From the NCBI GenBank assembly GCA_037447605.1, contig CM074821.1, positions 868,001 through 932,000 on the forward strand: 64,000 bases of DNA. The letters run 5' to 3'. The notes beneath the pieces are model-generated. The model was given only the letters and a program-made list of their open reading frames with translations. It had not been told where the DNA came from and did not search any database. Positions 48,062 through 60,264 of this stretch are shown here, one piece after another. Positions within the stretch are counted from its first letter, which is position 1, and the number at the start of each line of letters is the position of its first letter. Source of the stretch: Zygnema circumcarinatum SAG 698-1b. Taxonomy: Eukaryota > Plantae > Zygnematophyceae. The position numbers were made by a program, and so were the translations under genes.

Positions 48062-51000
48062 TCAATAAGAATGCAGAATACTTTCCAGCACCTTGAGCCG
48101 CTCCAGCTCTTCTCCTTCGGCCATATCAGGATCGACATAGCACAGCTGATTCCCATGTAATCCACATCACATGTGAATGTAAGTACAGACAGTGAAAGAT
48201 AGACGTGCAGGGAGAAGATCAAACCCTCCTTTCTGACCGATTCATACTCTAATCCAGGGCTGAAAATTGGCAGCTCTACTTGCTAGTCCTAAAAATTTTG
48301 AGAGACAGACCCTGATACATTCATGAAGTGCACCCAAAAAAAAAAAAAAAAAAAAAATGGAAATCGGGCAAAGAAATGAGGCACCCGAGATCGGCGTTGT
48401 CAAACAGAGTGTACATGTTCACCTGATACATAGCTTTATGCAAAGTATGAACCCCTCGTTTCACCATTCTCTGCCATCCTTTGTGTTGCCTCAATGCTTT
48501 CTCAAGTTCTTCCGTGCGCTGCTCCCCACCACCGTTACAAACTTTAAAGCTCTGCTAACAATGATGTCAAAATGCAATACAGAGATGATTACGCTGAGAT
48601 AGAGTTGATTGATGATAGTGGATGCTCTCCAGAGCATTTAAACTGGATTTGAAATCTTAGGTACTCCCATTCCTCTTACCTGCGAAGGATCCAACACCAA
48701 AAGAAAGACTTCTTCATGAGAGCTCCCATTTCTTCGTCGGCGCTCTATGCCCACAATTGTCCTGGAATGACCCTGATGTTGGAAATACAGTGGCCTGCAA
48801 ATTCAGCAGTTTTCCAAGCCACATAATCACGCTTTGGGTCTTGTTGACTTGAAGGAAGAAATAAGCAGAGATGGGAAAGGAACACGATGACCAAAAAGCT
48901 ACCAAGCAACAAGACTATGAATTGCCAGGTATAGCTCATCTACTGGCATTCAAACAGAATAGTTCCTCCACATTCTGATTCAGAATTCGGTAAGCCAAAC
49001 CAGAATTCTCCCTTCTCCCTTCTCCCTTCTCCCTTCTCCCTTCGGTGTTCTTGCCTATCAACAAATAAAGTGACTTGAAAACTGCAGAAGGGTAGTTTGC
49101 CAATCCACAGTTGAAGAAAGTATAGAGAACACAGGCCACAGGATGATTTTGGGCAACGACTCTAGTACAGAACGTAAAATATGTACCTGCAGTTTTAGAA
49201 GATATTCAAAATGCAATTCTTTCAAGAACTCAGGCGCAGGATCCTTCAGTGAGGAGGTTACGCTTACGGTTTATTGCTCATATAAATCTTCTGCTCCAAT
49301 GCATCAAACGCATTCCTTGCCTCTCTGTTTCGCCTCCTTTCTTCGGTGAAGTATTCCCAGACCCATTCCACCAATCTCATATGTGCTTTTGACCTTGGCC
49401 TCTCTCCTGCAGCTTCCTCCACCTTCTCTTTCCCTTCGGACTGCCATATCCTCTCAAATCCTCCCTCTCTATTCGTGCCCACAGCACCGGAACTCGACCT
49501 GTCGAAGCTTAAACTTACTAATGAAAATTTGCGAGGAGATCCGCCTTCCCTTCTCGTGTTGCAAGTAGCAGAGCTATGGTGTGCGCAGCTTTTTTCAGTA
49601 TCTCTGTCACAACAGTGTGGAGAAAGTCTGACGCGTTTTCTCACGGTGCACCTATCTTCCTCCCAAATTCCAAGACTCCCTTTATCACAAACGCCCCTAT
49701 CACTGTCAGCTATCCTTCCCTCTGCCGAAGTTAGAAATGACGGTGGAGCAGTCTGACTTTTTCCCTTATGCGCACCCCTCCTTTCGGCACAATTACCTAC
49801 AGCTTCAACACTGCCACGGCGTTCACCAGCAGTTGCTCCATTTCCATGGCCTTCGCCTGCTTCACAGCAACCAAACCAATACACCTTCAGACACCAAGCT
49901 TCAATCCTGAAAATAAGGACCATAGTAAGCAGGTGAATACACATAACGGATTAGTATACTGCGTTGCCCCTTAGCTAACCATTTTGGCTTCCTTGATCAG
50001 AGGTGACTGCAGCATACCTTGACATGATTGTTCTTGTCCAGGACTGGCTTCTCTGAAGGAAGGTTTCTTTAAATGCACCGTTTCACTCGAGTTTGCCTCT
50101 CCAAGTGACGACTTGAAGTCCACAATCCTTGCTTTGAAGCCGAAAGACCTCAAGAGAGTTGCACATTCTGTAGTCCCAATCCACTTATGTGTACCACAGA
50201 CCTTATGGGATAGCTGCTCCGCCCCCACCTCATCAAAACCCTGTTTCCAGGCAATTTCAAGCCACTGCTGCAAGGCCGAAATCTCGGGAACGTACCCGAC
50301 TCCACCAAATAAAGCCATCTTACTCTTCTCGTCTCGCCGCATTAAGTGCGAGCACAGCATCTGAACATAGTCAATCAGAAACGAGACACTGCGGGCCCTT
50401 GTCACACAAGTTAGCTTGGCAACCCTGGCATATATGTGCCTTGTTATGTGAAGTACAGACGAAAGAGTCACCAATGCTACCAGATCTGAATGGCAACAGT
50501 ACACGGACTGTAGGAATTGCTGACGGTAGTAGTTTGATTGCTTATAGGAGGAACCTTTATCAAGTGCACCAAAAAGATCTGTTTGAGATGCAGTTATTGA
50601 GGAAAAGTTTCCTCACAGTTGCAATGAACTTCACAGTATATTTATTATACTTGTTCTATAAGAAGAGACGAAAAATGTGGATCTTAAAATAAACTCTGAA
50701 ACCTCAAATGTGGGACCTATCCGTATGTGCTCACAAAGTCGTCAAATTCTTCCATGAAAGATGTTGAAGCTATCCTTCCGACAATTCGTGCAAATGCACA
50801 GCAGGTGAAGCAACCTTCCCTTCCTAAACTAAACTTGCCATTCAAAAGCTCAGAACAAGCACGTACCTGGATGTTTCGCCAGCCACATCCCCACCCGAGA
50901 TCATCTAAACGGCGGCTAAAATAATGGTCGACATGTCCCGACAAGGCGGCCCTGGAGTAGCCTGTGTTGTCAGCCTCTAAGCAGCGCCGCAAAAGCAACA

Positions 51001-51574
51001 CAATCCCTTCTGCCGATTCAGTGAAGCCCGCACGAGCTTGGTGCAGGACCAGGCTCTGAATCTCCTTCTGCAGTACATCTCCCACATGAAGATTCAAAGC
51101 TCAAACCTCAAATCTGGAATCAAGGATGCCTGCCCATTCTGGAGTGATAGCCTGAAAAAATCCGCTAATTGGCACGGATATATATGCTTAAGTACCCAAT
51201 AGTGAAGCAGGCTTTGCCACGAACGCACACTTTCAAAGTAACTGCCCGAGTTGAATGAACTTAAACTTGAAACAAGCAAAAAATCTAGTATGATCCTGCA
51301 TATTCACCTTCAGTTCTACTGCTTGCTCTCCTTCCGGTTCCTTACGCAAGTGGCTCGCCCCGAAAACTTTGTTAGCTAAATCTTTGGCCGGCGAATGCCG
51401 TGTTCCTTTTCTTTGTCGTTCGGGTTCGGAGTTTGACGAGGTTTTTGTGGGTTTGGGCGATGCAGGTCCGTTGTCCTCCTCATCAAGCTGATGCTGAAGA
51501 TGGTGACTGTCCCATTCAGACATGGGCATGAGAGATCCGCATGTGCAGCACCTAACGGGAACATCCCCAGGCAT
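48062..51574 (-). CDS. ZUP1: ZUP1/Mug105-like peptidase C78 (deubiquitinase-like) with N-terminal zinc finger, ~564 aa
   Basis: Exons 51574-51308, 51067-50867, 50360-50018, 49856-49268, 48794-48680, 48518-48423, 48145-48062, phase-consistent. CCTC...HHLQH finger; catalytic [14 protein letters not shown]; KWIGTTE; [16 protein letters not shown]; LVLDP; YQLCYVD. Start codon inferred. Confidence 0.9.
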
Positions 51575-53462
51575 TCCAAGAGCAGCCACACGTATAGATT
51601 CTGGCTCTTCCGCTTCACACGGACTGAGCTTTTCATAAAAATATCGTTTCCCTGATGACCGTTGCTGCACAGACCACAACAACGTCGGTGCTTGAGGACA
51701 AGCTTATACCTTTCCGAAAAAGACGCCGCCTTTCAGAAATTCGGCAAGGAGGAGGGAAACAAGGCAGAAAAAAACAAGGGAAAGTAGACATGGGTTGATC
51801 CTTGACAAATGGGACAGCCTTGCAAAGAACGAGAGCAATCCGACCACTCAAGCATGCAGCAACTGCAAAAATACGCAGCTCCCGAAAAAGTAGTCGGCTA
51901 TTTGTCTCAATGCTTTTCCACCAGTGAATCCCCTGTTTTTTCTTGCCCGGCGACCATCAGGTAAATACCTTATTTTGTAAACTTGCCACCTGACTGGGCC
52001 CTTTGTCTCTCATGATCTCCTCGTCATGTTTAATCACGTGTCTGCAGCATGCCAGTACGTCAACGTATGACTAACACATATCAGAGCAGGAAAACAGAAG
52101 CGAGCTTTAAGGTCTAAACTAGGAAATCCAACAACTGAAAAAAACTCTCGATGAAATACCGCCTAAACAATTCAACAAAGGTATGGAGGTCTGTTGTGTG
52201 ATACATATAGACCAGACTGTTCTATTTTTTTGTTCTGTGCCTTCTCATTCTGTTCTGAGCACATTTCTTCCGTGTGATGATGTCCTGGAGATGCATAACA
52301 ATCAGCACCCTTTCTAAATGATGCAGAATTCTTCAAAATAGTATGAGCAGACAGAATTCACTTCTGATTTAAGTTCCCAGTCCTGCTATCCCTCACACCT
52401 TTGCAGATCCACCAATGGAACTAACCGATTGCTCGTAGGGCAATACCCTTTCATTTGAATGTATACACGTTATGTTTCAAGCGACACGCTCAGGCACACA
52501 GGCTCCCCCCTAAAGGTGATGTTGCAACCAATCAATCTGCAACGCACATTTCATACACACTAATATTATACATTGTTCACTTTACTACGCAAACCCGCAC
52601 TTTCCAGAAAACTTACAGCCTTTGCATTGCCTCTTGACATTCTTTAGGTTCAACATCTTATCATAGTCAATTACCACAGCTGGCTTACTGAAAAAAATAA
52701 TGCTAATTCAATTACAGACCAATGAGGCCTGAGTGAGATGGGCAAGCCTCAACAACTGGCCAGCTTTGAGTTTCATCCTTGTCAAAACGAACCCATTAAA
52801 GAGATAGCAATCTGAGCAATCAATTCTGATATGGAGAACATACGAGCCTGAAACTCAAGAACCAAAAAAAAAAAATTACAAGAAGGAAAAACTAGCAAGA
52901 GCCTCTTACATGCACCTTCCGCGCTGCGCTTCTTTGAACTCTTGCCTTTAAGGGATGAGTCTACATCTATGAAGCTGAGTGCAATCACTCTCTGCCCTCT
53001 CTCTCGTATCTTTACTTGTAAATCCTCACAAACATCTCATTCCTGCTTCCGAGAAACTCATCAGGCTGAGAACAGCCCTTGAACCCGAACAGTCAACTCT
53101 TTCTGACAGTCGCTCCGCCACTGAATACATATGAAACTGTGCATTTCCTTCACCTTAAAACAGCTTCCTTCCTTCCTTCCTTCCTCGTGCAAGTTCAGCT
53201 CCACAGGACCTTCGTCCTCTCACAAATTCAGCATGGAGCCAGAGAGCTGCCTAGTTCAGTCATCACTTTTTTCTAAGCATTTCCTAAGATGACTTGTCGA
53301 ATAATTACCAGCAGAATGAAAATATATTACGCGAGCAAGGAGAAACGCCGAGCAGATGAGAGCAATAGTGCACAGCGCGCATTGGCATTGGCGTTTGCAG
53401 GAACTTTAAGTGAAAGCCCTTTTCATTAACTCCAGGTAAACTTCAAGAGGCGAAATGTATAT

Positions 53463-53552
53463 ATGGCATTGATCTCACCATGGCGATGATGCCATCCAAT
53501 GTACTGTACATCTATGCACAAAATCAGCCTCATAGGGAACCACGAGGAGCTG
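53463..53552 (-). mobile_element. Partial copy of the 593-730 MITE-like family
   Basis: Reverse complement reads CAGCTCCTCGTGGTTCCCTATGAGGCTGATTTTGTGCAT...TGGCATCATCGCCATGGTGAGATCAATGCCA. Confidence 0.6.
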
Positions 53553-53603
53553 GAGAGCCGCTCCAAACTTTTTCTTCCAACAGCCAACGTGGGGGAATAA
53601 TAG

Positions 53604-54047
53604 CCATTGGATGTGCCACCTTGACAATAGTGAGATCCAGTCCGTCGATAGTTCGGACAGAAGGCCAGAGGATACGCCACGTAGAAAGGCGTGAACCGTT
53701 GGATAAACAGACACGATAAATAGACGCGTGCGACATTTGAGGAAGTTGAGAATATGTGACGTGGACAATAGGACGATTTAAGACCGTTGGATTTACGCGT
53801 GCGATATTTTTTGGCCGCTGGATATGCCACGTAGATAATGAAATCCAAACCGTTGGATAGCCCTGTGTGGAATTGGAGAATAATTAGCCGTTGGATATGC
53901 CATGTGTACTCTCTTGTGAGATCCAGACCGTTCGATAGACGCACGCGAGATTTCGGGAAATTGGCCGTTGGATATGCAGCACGGCAATCGTGAGATCCAG
54001 ACCGTTGGATAGATGCGTTCAAAATTTCAGTTTTATGGCCGTTGGAT
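53604..54047. repeat. Degenerate tandem array (~37-bp spacing, ~75-bp dimer) of CCGTTGGAT (MSA-like) motifs
   Basis: Exact CCGTTGGAT at 53696, 53784, 53850, 53888, 53965, 54002 and 54039, plus ~5 degenerate copies; alternate units carry GCCACGT or GTGAGATCCAG. Confidence 0.8.
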
Positions 54048-55972
54048 GGTCCACGCGGTCCGGTTTGAGATTCAGACTTTCGGGGACTCGCAGACTCGGC
54101 TTCCCGTTGTTGAATCCGAATCCGACTTTGCCCGATCAAATCCGTTAGCATGAAAATTCGAATTTCATACGGAAAAGTCTGAAGTCGGAAAATTTCTCGT
54201 ACAGTACCTTACTGTATTTCGTACTTTGAGTACTTGAGTGGTGGCCATAATCCGTAGACGGCAGTTTCGGATTTCAGAAGGGGAAGTCTCAAGTCTGAAC
54301 TCCCTGATTTGAACTTTGAGGGGGCCCCTCTCCATTTGCCTCTCCCCCCTCTCTCTCGCGAGGGCGCCCTCCTCCCCGTGCAGGGAGAGACAGCCAAGTG
54401 GTAGGCATTGGGGAAGGAGCCACGTGGCGCTACCTGGATCAGAGAGGTGAGTCCATGGCCATGGCTGCCTGCTTACAGGCCCTCTTGGTTTTGAGATATT
54501 TTGCAGGACTGCGGGATGACTGGGAAGAAGGTCGCAGAGACGTATAGAGAGAGGAGTGATGGGAGGGGAATAGAATGGAGACGAGGAGTGGGAGAGTGGG
54601 AGTTCTGCATTGTGTGAGGAGGAGGGAGGCGGAAGGGGGTGGGGGCGCGCAAGGTGCCAGCTGGTTCAGGGGATTTTCATGATGCAAGATGAAGAGTCTA
54701 AGCTTGTGAGTGGGATGAAAGTGAGAGTGAGAGTGAGAGTGAGATTGGGAGGTGAGTATACTGTACAGTATGTGAAGTAAGGGATGTGGGAGAAAAGTAT
54801 GCGTTTTCAGTAAAATGCAGAAGGAAAGTGATTGGTGGAATTCAGGGTAGTGGAAACTGAGGCAGGTTGAGTGAAAAAAAGATATGGTGACCTTGAAACG
54901 GATCAAAAAGGAAGGGCATGTCTATAGTGATGGATTAAGAGAGCGGTGTATTATTCGAGAGAACGGATGTTTCGAGAAAAACAAATATAGACGATCTAAG
55001 TCTGGAGAAACTCTCTCAGGGTGGCTTCGGAGGGCTCATTTGGAGAGAGTGGAGCAATGTGGGGGAGTAGAAGGAGCAGAGAGAATTCGTGTGGGAATGT
55101 GTGCATGCATGGATGTCTGTTGAAGGTATACATCGGTGCTCAGGACAGGCCAGAACATAAGAGTTAGGGTAGTCCAAGTGAGGTTGCATGAAGAGAGAGG
55201 GCTTTTTTTCCCTCCCTCCTTCCTTCCCTAAGGTGAGGGTACGGTTGTACTGTGAGCAACAAAAAGTCGAAGGCGAAGGTAGTTGTTCAGAGAGGACGAA
55301 TAGAAGGACGTAGGATAATGCAGGTAGTTCGAGGGTTATCAGTAAGTTAGGTGAGCTACAATGTACACGATTGAGTGTACTTAGTAATCTCGGAAAAAGA
55401 GGACGACTATCCAGGGAGGGGGGGCGGGGAGGGGGGATGAGGAGGAGGAGAAGGGATGAGAATGAAACGAATGGAGAGAAGAGAGAACAGACGATGGGGT
55501 GGAAGTGGCGTAGGGTTGGAAAAGTATTGATTGGGGAAGAGAAGAGATTATTAAAGTTTGCATTTCGTATGAAGTATCCTTGATGATTCATATGCACCTT
55601 TCCAGGTGGCATTTATAAAACGTTATAGATCTGCATATTCTAGCCACCTAAGGTTTTCTAAAGAATTGCGTGGAACTATTTTGACTTTGCTCTGGTTGTA
55701 CACAGAATCTAATGCAAAATCATCGCTTAGGTACTATTAGTTCCGATTTCTACTGTTACATTTTAACCCAATAGCAGGGGCCTGTTCAGTTTGCAGCATC
55801 ACTCTACTTGTCCTACAAACTTATCATCGATCCATACTCCAACTTCGAAACGAAACACTCTCATCTCCTTTATCCCTTTCTGTGGACAGGCCAAACCCTT
55901 CTCGATAAGCTTTCCTCCCTTCGACTCCCTCTTCCTTTAGCTAGAAAGTTGCGAACTTCTCCCTTCATCGGA

Positions 55973-57211
55973 ATGAGCGGCCAAGTGGCACCTCCCCAAC
56001 ACACCAGATCTTTTTTAGCCTCTAGTAGTAAAACTAGTCGCCACATGGAACGGGAACTCGGAGCCTCTTCGGGGCCTTCTCGCTCTGACAATGCAACTTG
56101 GCGACCGGGAAGTATGCAAAATACTCGCCTTGGAGGGGGAGGGGGAGGGGGAGGAGGAGGGGGAGGGGGAGGGGGGGGAGGGAGCTTTAGCAATAATAGA
56201 CGTATCGCCGCCCAAGCTTCATCAACAAGCTTAGCAACAACTTGTCCCGCGGTTGCTACAAGTGATGGGTCGTCTGCTGGAAGCATTGAAATGGACAAGG
56301 GGCAGTCCACTTCTTTTGGAGGGAGAGAGGAGCAAAGAGACTGGAGATTGGGAGTGTTCAAAGAGACCGTTCCATATGACCGTTTTGTGCTTATGGCTAC
56401 CTGCCTTATAGGCCAAACTGTGGAAGTTCACACAAAACTGGGGCCGGTGTATACCGGAATATTCCATACTGCCCGTGAGCATGATTTTGGTGAGTTTTGG
56501 AGCTTTCATGTCAACCCTATCTGGAGGGTTTTTGCAGTTTTCGATTTTCGTTTCCGGACAGAGCTTCCTATAAAGACTTGTGTTTTTCCGATTCATAGTT
56601 AAGAACTGGTTGTGGGGTCCTTGGAAGCAGAGGTGGTTTTGAAGATGGCGAGGCAAACAAATGATCTTGTGAACAAGGAGAGTTTGGCAATGAGGGAAGC
56701 TGCTAAGAAGCCCCCTCTTAAGGTGTTGATAATCAGTGCAAATGACTGTGTCCAAATCATTGCTAAGGTGAGCTCACTTCATAGGTACATAGTTTCCTGT
56801 TTTCCTTTTCTTGGGGTATTCTGAGGATGAAATCCTCACTCTCCACATATTTTCAGTCCGATGTTGAGTGAGGGAATTGTGGAACCGTGATATGGAGTCT
56901 TGCTTGATGTATATCCTGTTATTCATACAGGCTGGTTGGAGTTTATGTTATTCTCTCCTACTCAAATCTTAAACTGCATATTCTATGTGAGTTCAAAACT
57001 CCCAATGGTATCTATGCAGGATATCGTCATAGGTTGGGGCACACACCAACAAGGAGAAAGGAGTTCGGAGGGTTTGCGGATGGATGCTGCCTTCAATGGA
57101 TGCTCTTCAGCCGGGTATGTTTTTAGGTCCTCTGAGAATGAAGATTGGAATAAGTTCCGTTCAAATGCCATGGTGAAAGACAAGATTACACCACACATTC
57201 CTCAAAAATGA
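55973..57211 (+). CDS. CID3/CID4: Truncated ataxin-2/CID3-CID4 paralog (Sm-ATX domain only; 281 aa if exon 3 reads to its own stop)
   Basis: Exons 55973-56489, 56631-56767, 57020-57211 (or 57020-57114 if spliced onward). DRFVLMATCLIGQTVEV...YTGIFH...DF.VVLKMA...VQIIAKD Sm motif. Same intron positions as the copy at 62748. Confidence 0.8.
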
Positions 57212-57605
57212 AATTTCAGTCGCGCTGTTAGAACTCTTGAGCTCATTTGATTCAAAGTTTGGTCAGAGACGCTCGTCTATTAGTCAACGTTTTGAGTGAA
57301 CATAGCTTAACTACCCCTATGATTATCTTGTATTATCGTGCCAAAGTATTATCCTTACCAAAGTTTGTGAGATAGGTCGAACGTTGGGTCGATCGGGCAT
57401 CACACACTTCTAGAAAACATCTATGTTTGTTGGTTAAGTGGTCCATTCTATGAGCTGCTGGGTTGGATAGAACCTTCAGAGAACACAAGAAAGTGGAGAA
57501 GTTAGAATTTTGAAAAGTTAGGGAGAGCATTTCTTGTTCTACTCTGAATCTGGAAGGTTTGGCTGCAGATCTGCAGCACTCAGAGGCTCGTGCAACTCAG
57601 GGAAT

Positions 57606-57997
57606 ATGGCGGAAGGAAAATCTCCCGCAGAGCTGGTTGTGGTTGCATCAAAAAATGTGGTGAAGGTTGATGCTACAACTCGAGCATTTCAACGAGCTTT
57701 TCCCGAAAGCTCGTTCAGATTCGAAAGGTTTAACGCCAATTCAGGAGTGTCTGCACAACCTCTGTCTGATGAAGAAACGTTGCGAGGGGCAAGGAACAGG
57801 TATCTGTCCTCTTATGCAACTTTATTTTTACTTACATCGGAAGAATCAGCAGCATAGAATGCCTGGCAAAGATTGTACTACTTCATGTATGATCTTTCTG
57901 TTATGTTTTCAGCTGGAAGTGAGCATTCAACCTACAATCAGGTTTCATGTCAGTCTGTCGATAGTATCCTGCACACTTTCTTTCCTTTTGTTCGTTA

Positions 57998-58032
<35 letters not shown>

Positions 58033-58039
58033 GCATCAG

Positions 58040-58098
<59 letters not shown>

Positions 58099-58099
58099 G

Positions 58100-58132
<33 letters not shown>

Positions 58133-58830
58133 TATCATTATCATCATCATCATCATCTTCATCTTCATCATCATCATTCTGACATATGCACAAAGCTCTG
58201 TGAACTGTTTCCGTAGAGCAAAACACGCCATGGAAAGAGTGGAGCAGGCGGACTATGTGGTGGCCATAGAAGGAGGTGTGGAGTGGTCCCGGTTGGAGTG
58301 TGAGCCACAGCTCATGGCCTTTGCGTGGGTGGTGGTCCTATCGCGGGACTTGGAAGGGAAAGCAAAGACTGCAGCCTTCATGCTGCCTCCTCCCATTGCA
58401 GAACTCATAGCAGGTGTGCCCTTACCCCCTCCACCAAAAAGCTTCAGGAGCAAGCTTGCCACTTTGTTACAACAGTCAGTCTGTTGTGCAATAGGAAAGT
58501 TCAATATGTCGTTTCTGGCAGTAGCCTTTCTTACAGTTTTTCAGCTTTTAGGGTTGCAAAATCTACCTATATTGAGTTTGCTTTTTGAGGGGGGGGGGGC
58601 TGTTGATGTGTGCAGGTGGCAAGGACTTAGGAGAGGCAGATGATGAAGTGTTTGGACGGACCAATGGGAGGCAGCAGAATGGCACCATTGGCATGCTCAC
58701 TCGCGATGAGATTCAAAGGCAAACTTATTACGAACATGCCATCACGTTGGCCCTAATCCCCTTTGTGAATCCCGCGCTTTATCGGAGCCCTTCCGTCCCT
58801 GTCATCCCGGCGGGCTCCTTGCCCTTATGA
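57606..58830 (+). CDS. yjjX: Non-canonical purine NTP phosphatase (ITP/XTPase, YjjX/NTPase_I-T family), 201 aa from its own ATG
   Basis: Exons 57606-57799, 58217-58413, 58616-58830 with consistent phases (2,1). VVVASKNVVKV, SGVSAQP..EETLRGARNRA, VAIEGG, A.LPP, LG, GTIGMLT...RQTYYEHAITLALIPF align by eye with E. coli YjjX. Confidence 0.9.
57998..58177. repeat. (CAT)n microsatellite (~60 units) in intron 1 of the YjjX-like gene
   Basis: Directly visible; source of the poly-S/I/H and poly-D/M spurious ORFs. Confidence 0.95.
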
Positions 58831-59030
58831 TGATGACTCTTTCAGGGGGGGGGAGGGGGGAAGGTAAGGGCATAGATAGGGAGGAGGGCTACCATAGAAG
58901 TGGTGCTACTAGGGGAGATGGAGGAGATTTAGGTCAAGGAAACGAGCAACTAAGGAGTGTCTCGTTCTCTGCGAAAACTAAGGGTTGAATTTGTACTTTT
59001 TGAAGGTCAGTGTCAATGGAATTGATAGAA

Positions 59031-59083
59031 TTAGGGTTAGGGTTAGGGTTAGGGTTAGGGTTAGGGTTAGGGTTAGGGTTAGG
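59031..59083. repeat. Interstitial telomere-like tract (TTAGGG)8 plus TTAGG
   Basis: Eight perfect units, 200 bp downstream of the YjjX-like stop codon. Confidence 0.9.
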
Positions 59084-59530
59084 TTGGAGGGTGAGTCCAA
59101 TGACTTTCCAAGGTGTTCTGTGGCGTGTACCATACAAGATTTAGCTGCTCCATGAAGAGTTGGGTCCGTTGTAACTGCCTGTGTATATAGAAACGATACA
59201 TAGAACCTCAGGGAACGAATGTTTAACTGGGGGTGAGGCTGGGCCTTACAGCTTTTGGGGCGCAGAGAATTTTGGTTTGTACCTTTCAAACTCTTCTCTG
59301 TGAGGGAGTCGGTCAATCAACCTCTCTCAATGAGAATTTGAGGCTGGTAGGGTTCTGCTTTCATCTGCTTCTTTCATTTCTTATTTGCTTCTTTCTTTTT
59401 TTCTTTCTTTCTTTTCTTTCTTCCTTTCATGCTCTGATCTTTTGTTGAACAAAGGGGTTGACGAGAGAAACCCCATGCAGGCCCGTCTTGTGGGAAAACA
59501 AGAACGGGATTTGTAAACTTTATTTTATTT

Positions 59531-59687
59531 GGTAATTGCTATTTACACACCTTTTTGTTTAGATAAACACCTTGTTTGTCTAGATACGCACCTTTTAAAA
59601 AAACCCCACAACCATAAAAACCCGAAAGTGGAACCTGAGAAATAAGGTGTGTACCTAAACAAAAAAGGTGTGCAAATAGCATTTACC
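59531..59687. mobile_element. 157-bp MULE-type MITE related to the 30289-30955 element
   Basis: TIRs GGTAATTGCTATTTACACACCTTTTTGTTTAG / CTAAACAAAAAAGGTGTGCAAATAGCATTTACC; AT-rich imperfect flanking duplication. Confidence 0.7.
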
Positions 59688-59696
59688 TTTTAATTT

Positions 59697-60264
59697 GGAG
59701 AACTATATACCCCCCCCCCTTTGGTTATCCCCCCCCCCCCTGTTTTTTTTGAAATCCCAGTCTCCCATTTTGGCTATTCTGTCCCCCCTCCCATTTTGGC
59801 TACCCCCCCCCCCCCCCCCATTTTGGATATTTCGGGAGAAGATTCTGCTCATTCTCTCTCGCTCCTATGCTCTCTCCTCTGCTCTCACTCCTCTCCTCTC
59901 TCTCTCTCTCTTCTATACTCTCTCTCCTCGGCTCTCACTCCTCTGCTCTCTCTCGCTCCTCTTCTCTCTCCTTTGCTCTCTCGCTCTCTCTTCTACTCTC
60001 TCCTCTAGTCTCTCTCTCCTTGCTCTCTCTCTCTCTCTCCTCTGCTCTCTCTCCTCTACTCATTCTCTCTCCTCTGCTCTCTCTTTACGAATGTCTTTAC
60101 GGACGTTGCGCTGATGTGTGAGAAAGAGAAAACAAGGGGGGGAATGTCCAAAGTAGGGGGCGGGATATCCCAAAATGGGGGGGGGAATAGCCAAATTGGG
60201 AGAGTGGGATTTCAAAAAAAACAGGGGCGGGATAACCCAAAAGGGGGGCGGTATGTAGTTCTCC
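59697..60264. mobile_element. 568-bp MULE-like MITE with ~110-bp imperfect TIRs and CT-rich interior
   Basis: GGAGAACTATATAC... / ...GTATGTAGTTCTCC; TTTAATTT on both flanks (59689-59696, 60265-60272). Confidence 0.75.

Noticed and set aside
53426-54151. 241-aa minus-strand ORF
   Set aside because: Its repeated SNG/YPTA peptides come from the CCGTTGGAT array; no protein-like features.
54480-55600. Purine-rich stretches (also 61650-62600) as LINE relics
   Set aside because: No endonuclease or RT motif could be recognised in any frame.
57873-58643. Long ORFs with poly-I/S/D/M tracts
   Set aside because: Translations of the intronic (CAT)n microsatellite; only 58217-58413 is a real exon.
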